From the NCBI GenBank assembly GCA_017523605.1, contig JAFWVZ010000092.1, forward strand, positions 1 through 30,494: 30,494 bases of DNA, in the 5' to 3' direction. A program made the position numbers and the translations under genes. The notes beneath the pieces were generated by a model, which was not told where the DNA came from, searched no databases, and saw only the letters and a list, made by a program, of their open reading frames with translations. Within the stretch, counting starts at the first letter, position 1; each line of letters begins with the position of its first letter. This DNA comes from Bacillota bacterium (GTDB lineage Bacteria > Bacillota > Clostridia > Peptostreptococcales > Anaerovoracaceae). Positions 27,442 through 30,494 of the stretch are shown piece by piece.

Positions 27442-28903
27442 TTGCTCTGCCCTCCTTTCTCAGTTCTTCAACAAATCCGGCTGCAAACCACAGGCAGCAG
27501 GCCAATACTGCTCCGCCGATCCCGCAGAGCACGGCATTCTTAATGTTCGAAGCGCTGAAGAAACTGACGCTCTTCGTCTGGGCCGTCGTATTATTGATGA
27601 ACTCATTCATGATCGTGCCGCTGGAAATGAACTCGTTTGCATAATCCGTAACAAGATCTGACAGTTCCGTTGCGTTATCGTAAAGAGCTTTAAGATCCTT
27701 GTCGGCTTTGGCGAGCTCTTCCGCGGAAACTTCTGCGCCGAAAGAGACGACTCTGCTCTCCAGATCGGCTATGGTCTGGTTCAGCTCCGCCTGACTGTCG
27801 TAGAGCTCCACCTGCGCAAGCACCAGATTGTTATAGTACTCGGTAGTTATCGTGGTGCTCTGCCTCTCATCCTTTTCGGATCCGGTAACGGAGATGCTCT
27901 CGTTCTGATACTCGTCTATGATCCTCTGCGTACTGGCGATGTTGCTTTCTACCTTTGCCAGCTCCAGCCTTGCATTTCTCAGAGTGTAATTGAGCCTGTT
28001 AAGAAGATCCGACGGAGTCTTGGAGATGCCTCCGCTTATCAGCGCAGCACTCAGGTAATTGATGTCCACATCGTTAAACGCAGACAGGATGCTGCTTAGA
28101 TCTCCGAAGGTAAGACCTGTTTCGGCACTTGTATAATCCGGATACGACTCTGCTTTTTCGTCACAGTACTTTTTAAAAGAATCCATGACAGTTTTGATGA
28201 GGTCAAGGCTCTCAAGATAATCAAGGTCTCCGGACACGGCATCGCTCAGATCCCCCTCGGGAAGATCGTAATCCGCCTTGGTCTCATAGAGATAGTTGTT
28301 GTATTCCTTGATCATGTTGTTGAGAAGGTCCGTGATCTCGGCGGCGGTAAGGTAGGTCTTGTTTGAAGACTCTTCTTCACCGAATCCGTTCTTGAGCGTG
28401 ATTATGTATGTATCCTCGTATTCAAGAGTTATGTTTGCGGCTTGTCCTACCGCAGTACCGCTTGCCTTGACCTGCTCGCGGAGCACTTCCTGCCTCTGCC
28501 TTACGGCCTCGGTAAGCAGCTGCTCCACCTGAAGATTGGCTTCGACCCTCGAAACGCTGACAGACTTCTTGAGCTTGGTCTTATCCAGCGCGGCGGCAAT
28601 TACGCTCGCCGAAAAACTCAGTCTGTCAGGCTTCCTCTCTTCCGGAGTTTTTCCCTCTGCATTTTCGTAAGTAAGTTTTACGACAGCCCTGGCATCCGAG
28701 CTCTTCTGGGACAACTCGGCTGCAAACAGCGGCGTTATCAGCCCGATGATCACGAAGATCGCGATCAGCCTCAGGAACACCTTCTTTTTGGTTCCCATGT
28801 TTCTGAAAACGTTCAGGAGAGATATCTCACCGCCGTCTTCATTCTGATGGCTGACGTATAATTCGACCTTCTGGCTGTTGTCTTTTTTCTCTATCTGGTC
28901 CAA
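27434..28903 (-). CDS. Hypothetical membrane protein, Wzz/polysaccharide co-polymerase-like architecture (paralogue A)
   Basis: TTG start with AAGGAG SD; EISLLNVFRNM resembles the Wzz N-terminal EIDL motif; TM1, coiled-coil domain, Gly-rich TM2 (GIGGAVLA); first gene of the operon. Confidence 0.6.
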   Translation of the reverse strand: MDQIEKKDNSQKVELYVSHQNEDGGEISLLNVFRNMGTKKKVFLRLIAIFVIIGLITPLFAAELSQKSSDARAVVKLTYENAEGKTPEERKPDRLSFSASVIAAALDKTKLKKSVSVSRVEANLQVEQLLTEAVRQRQEVLREQVKASGTAVGQAANITLEYEDTYIITLKNGFGEEESSNKTYLTAAEITDLLNNMIKEYNNYLYETKADYDLPEGDLSDAVSGDLDYLESLDLIKTVMDSFKKYCDEKAESYPDYTSAETGLTFGDLSSILSAFNDVDINYLSAALISGGISKTPSDLLNRLNYTLRNARLELAKVESNIASTQRIIDEYQNESISVTGSEKDERQSTTITTEYYNNLVLAQVELYDSQAELNQTIADLESRVVSFGAEVSAEELAKADKDLKALYDNATELSDLVTDYANEFISSGTIMNEFINNTTAQTKSVSFFSASNIKNAVLCGIGGAVLACCLWFAAGFVEELRKEGRANA

Positions 28904-28987
28904 TATACTGTCTCCTTTTATTAAAACTATGAAATGACGATTTTTTTACAAACAAAACAGATGGTACGCCAAGGTATCATTTGTTGC

Positions 28988-29016
28988 ATTATAACCTATA
29001 TTTAAGTTTATTTCAA
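28988..29016 (-). promoter_or_regulatory. Sigma-A promoter of the polysaccharide operon
   Basis: TTGAAA (29016-29011), 17 nt, TATAAT (28993-28988) in AT-rich spacer, ~85 nt before the TTG start. Confidence 0.8.
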
Positions 29017-29036
29017 CTTTATTATCTTTAATATAT

Positions 29037-29065
29037 GGAAAAGCCGGAAGACGAGCTCCCGGCTT
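29037..29065 (-). terminator. Intrinsic terminator of thrS
   Basis: AAGCCGGGAG ctcgt CTTCCGGCTT: 10-bp stem with one G-U, then a short U-run (GGCUUUUCC). Confidence 0.65.
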
Positions 29066-29070
29066 CAAGC

Positions 29071-29114
29071 GTTGAAAACACTGCGTCCGGCGCGTTTTTC
29101 AACTGCCGGACGCA
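29071..29114. repeat. Two interleaved perfect inverted repeats (A-B-A'-B') after the thrS stop
   Basis: A gttgaaaa 29071-29078 / A' ttttcaac 29096-29103; B tgcgtccggc 29082-29091 / B' gccggacgca 29105-29114. Confidence 0.8.
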
Positions 29115-29124
29115 TAATTATCAG

Positions 29125-30494
29125 TTACTTTATCCTCTTGTTATACACGTCGTCCTTGAGGATCGCGAGGAAATCGGCCAGCTGCATGGTGCCCAGATCG
29201 CCTTCCGACCTGTGGCGCGGAGCCAGCGTGCCGGCCTCCATGTCGCGGTCTCCGACAACGATCATGTACGGTACCTTCTCCATCTGCGCGTCGCGTATCT
29301 TACGGCCCGTCTTCTCGTTGCGCTTGTCGACTTCAACACGGTAGCCCAGAGCCTCGAGTTTCTCCTTTATGCCGTCCGCGTAACCGTATGCTCTGTCCGT
29401 TACGGGCAGGATCTTTACCTGAACCGGGGACAGCCACGTGGGGAACGCGCCCGCGAAGTGCTCCGTAATAACGCCTATGAAGCGCTCTATGGAACCGTAA
29501 ACCACGCGGTGGATCATAACCGGAGTCTGCTTTTCGGAGTTGGAATCCGTGTATTCCAGATCGAACCTTCCGGGCAGCTGGTAGTCCAGCTGGATGGTTC
29601 CGCACTGCCATACTCTTCCCAGAGAGTCGGTTACGTGGAAATCCAGTTTGGGGCCGTAGAACGCACCGTCTCCGGGGTTGATCTCGTAGGTCTTGCCTAT
29701 GGACGTTATGGCATCCGCGAGAGCCGCTTCCGCCTTCTCCCAGTCGCCGCGGGTACCGATGTGGTCCTCGGGCATCGTGGACAGAACGATCTTATACGGA
29801 AGTCCGAACACGTTGTAGACTTCGTCGATAAGCTTTGTGATGCGCACTACTTCGCCCTGGATCTGGTCCTTGGCAAGCAGTATGTGCGCGTCGTCCTGAG
29901 TGAAGCACCTTACGCGGAACATTCCGTGAAGAGCGCCGGACAGTTCGTGTCTGTGGACCCTTCCAAGTTCGCCGTAGCGCAGCGGCAGATCCCTGTAGCT
30001 GTGCGGCTCAAGAGCGTATACCAGTATGGAACCGGGGCAGTTCATGGGCTTTATCGCGTAGTCCTCGTCCTCGATCACCGTGGTGTACATGTTGTCCTTG
30101 TAGTGTTCCCAGTGGCCGGACGTCTCCCAGAGAGTGCGCTTCATGATCTGAGGCGTGGAGATCTCCAGGTAATCGTATTTCTTATGCATCTGCCTCCAGT
30201 AGTCGATGAGCAGGTTCTGCAGTATCATGCCCTTGGGCAGATAGAACGGGAAGCCGGGAGCCTCGTCGCGGAACGCGAACAGACCCAGCTCTCTTCCGAG
30301 CTTTCTGTGGTCCCTCTTCTTAGCTTCTTCTATGCGCTCCAGATACTGTTCCAGCTCTTCCTTCTTCTGGAAGGCTATTCCGTATATACGCTGAAGGGTC
30401 TCCCTGTTGGAGTCGCCTCTCCAGTACGCGGCGTTGCAGGTGAGCAGCTTAAGAGCGTTGCCCTTGATGCGGCCGGTGTAATCGAGATGCGGTC
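29125..30494 (-). CDS. thrS: Threonine--tRNA ligase, C-terminal part (5' end off the window)
   Basis: Frame stays open beyond the track's Met at 30228: AAYWRGDSNRETLQRIYG, EAKKRDHRKLG, KPMNCPG, RHELSGALHGMFRVR, FYGPKLD, WQCGTIQLD, HRVVYGSIERF. Confidence 0.98.
   Translation of the reverse strand, partial: PHLDYTGRIKGNALKLLTCNAAYWRGDSNRETLQRIYGIAFQKKEELEQYLERIEEAKKRDHRKLGRELGLFAFRDEAPGFPFYLPKGMILQNLLIDYWRQMHKKYDYLEISTPQIMKRTLWETSGHWEHYKDNMYTTVIEDEDYAIKPMNCPGSILVYALEPHSYRDLPLRYGELGRVHRHELSGALHGMFRVRCFTQDDAHILLAKDQIQGEVVRITKLIDEVYNVFGLPYKIVLSTMPEDHIGTRGDWEKAEAALADAITSIGKTYEINPGDGAFYGPKLDFHVTDSLGRVWQCGTIQLDYQLPGRFDLEYTDSNSEKQTPVMIHRVVYGSIERFIGVITEHFAGAFPTWLSPVQVKILPVTDRAYGYADGIKEKLEALGYRVEVDKRNEKTGRKIRDAQMEKVPYMIVVGDRDMEAGTLAPRHRSEGDLGTMQLADFLAILKDDVYNKRIK

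Larger units (their letters stand above)
4459..28903. other. Wzx/Wzy-dependent capsular or cell-wall polysaccharide biosynthesis locus
   Basis: Contiguous, mostly abutting or overlapping genes for flippase, polymerase, four GTs, two initiating transferases, nucleotide-sugar enzymes, LicD, an O-acylation pair and an LCP ligase. Confidence 0.93.

Noticed and set aside
29071-29114. CRISPR repeat, MITE or IS end
   Set aside because: Single occurrence, no spacer periodicity, no transposase and no flanking target duplication seen.
1-30494. rRNA, tRNA, CRISPR array, prophage, transposase or defence genes
   Set aside because: Coding genes fill nearly the whole window, the longest spacers are ~300 nt, and no such motifs were recognised.

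Overview
Bacterial chromosome segment, almost certainly Bacillota and probably Clostridia (HrcA/CIRCE regulation, short-form DnaK). Housekeeping genes bracket it: partial thrS on the right and the hrcA-grpE-dnaK-dnaJ heat-shock operon with a perfect CIRCE on the left. Between them is a ~24.5 kb Wzx/Wzy-dependent surface polysaccharide locus. Its main minus-strand operon (28903 to 9067) encodes two paralogous chain-length-regulator-like proteins, GalE, a CapD/PglF-type UDP-GlcNAc 4,6-dehydratase, two initiating phosphoglycosyltransferases, a sugar 4-aminotransferase, GT4, WecB, LicD, GT2, Wzy, GT4, GT14, Wzx, and an IspD/TarI-like cytidylyltransferase plus SDR. An oppositely oriented MBOAT + AlgJ/AlgX-like O-acylation pair and an LCP ligase follow. 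The most interesting inference is a polymer carrying a free-amine 4-amino-6-deoxy-HexNAc (likely AATGal) plus alditol-phosphate, i.e. a zwitterionic glycan like pneumococcal teichoic acid or B. fragilis PSA. It would be length-controlled by a tandem kinase-less Wzz-like pair. No rRNA, tRNA, CRISPR or mobile element was found. Family calls rest on motif recognition and recalled consensus sequences; no database searches were run.
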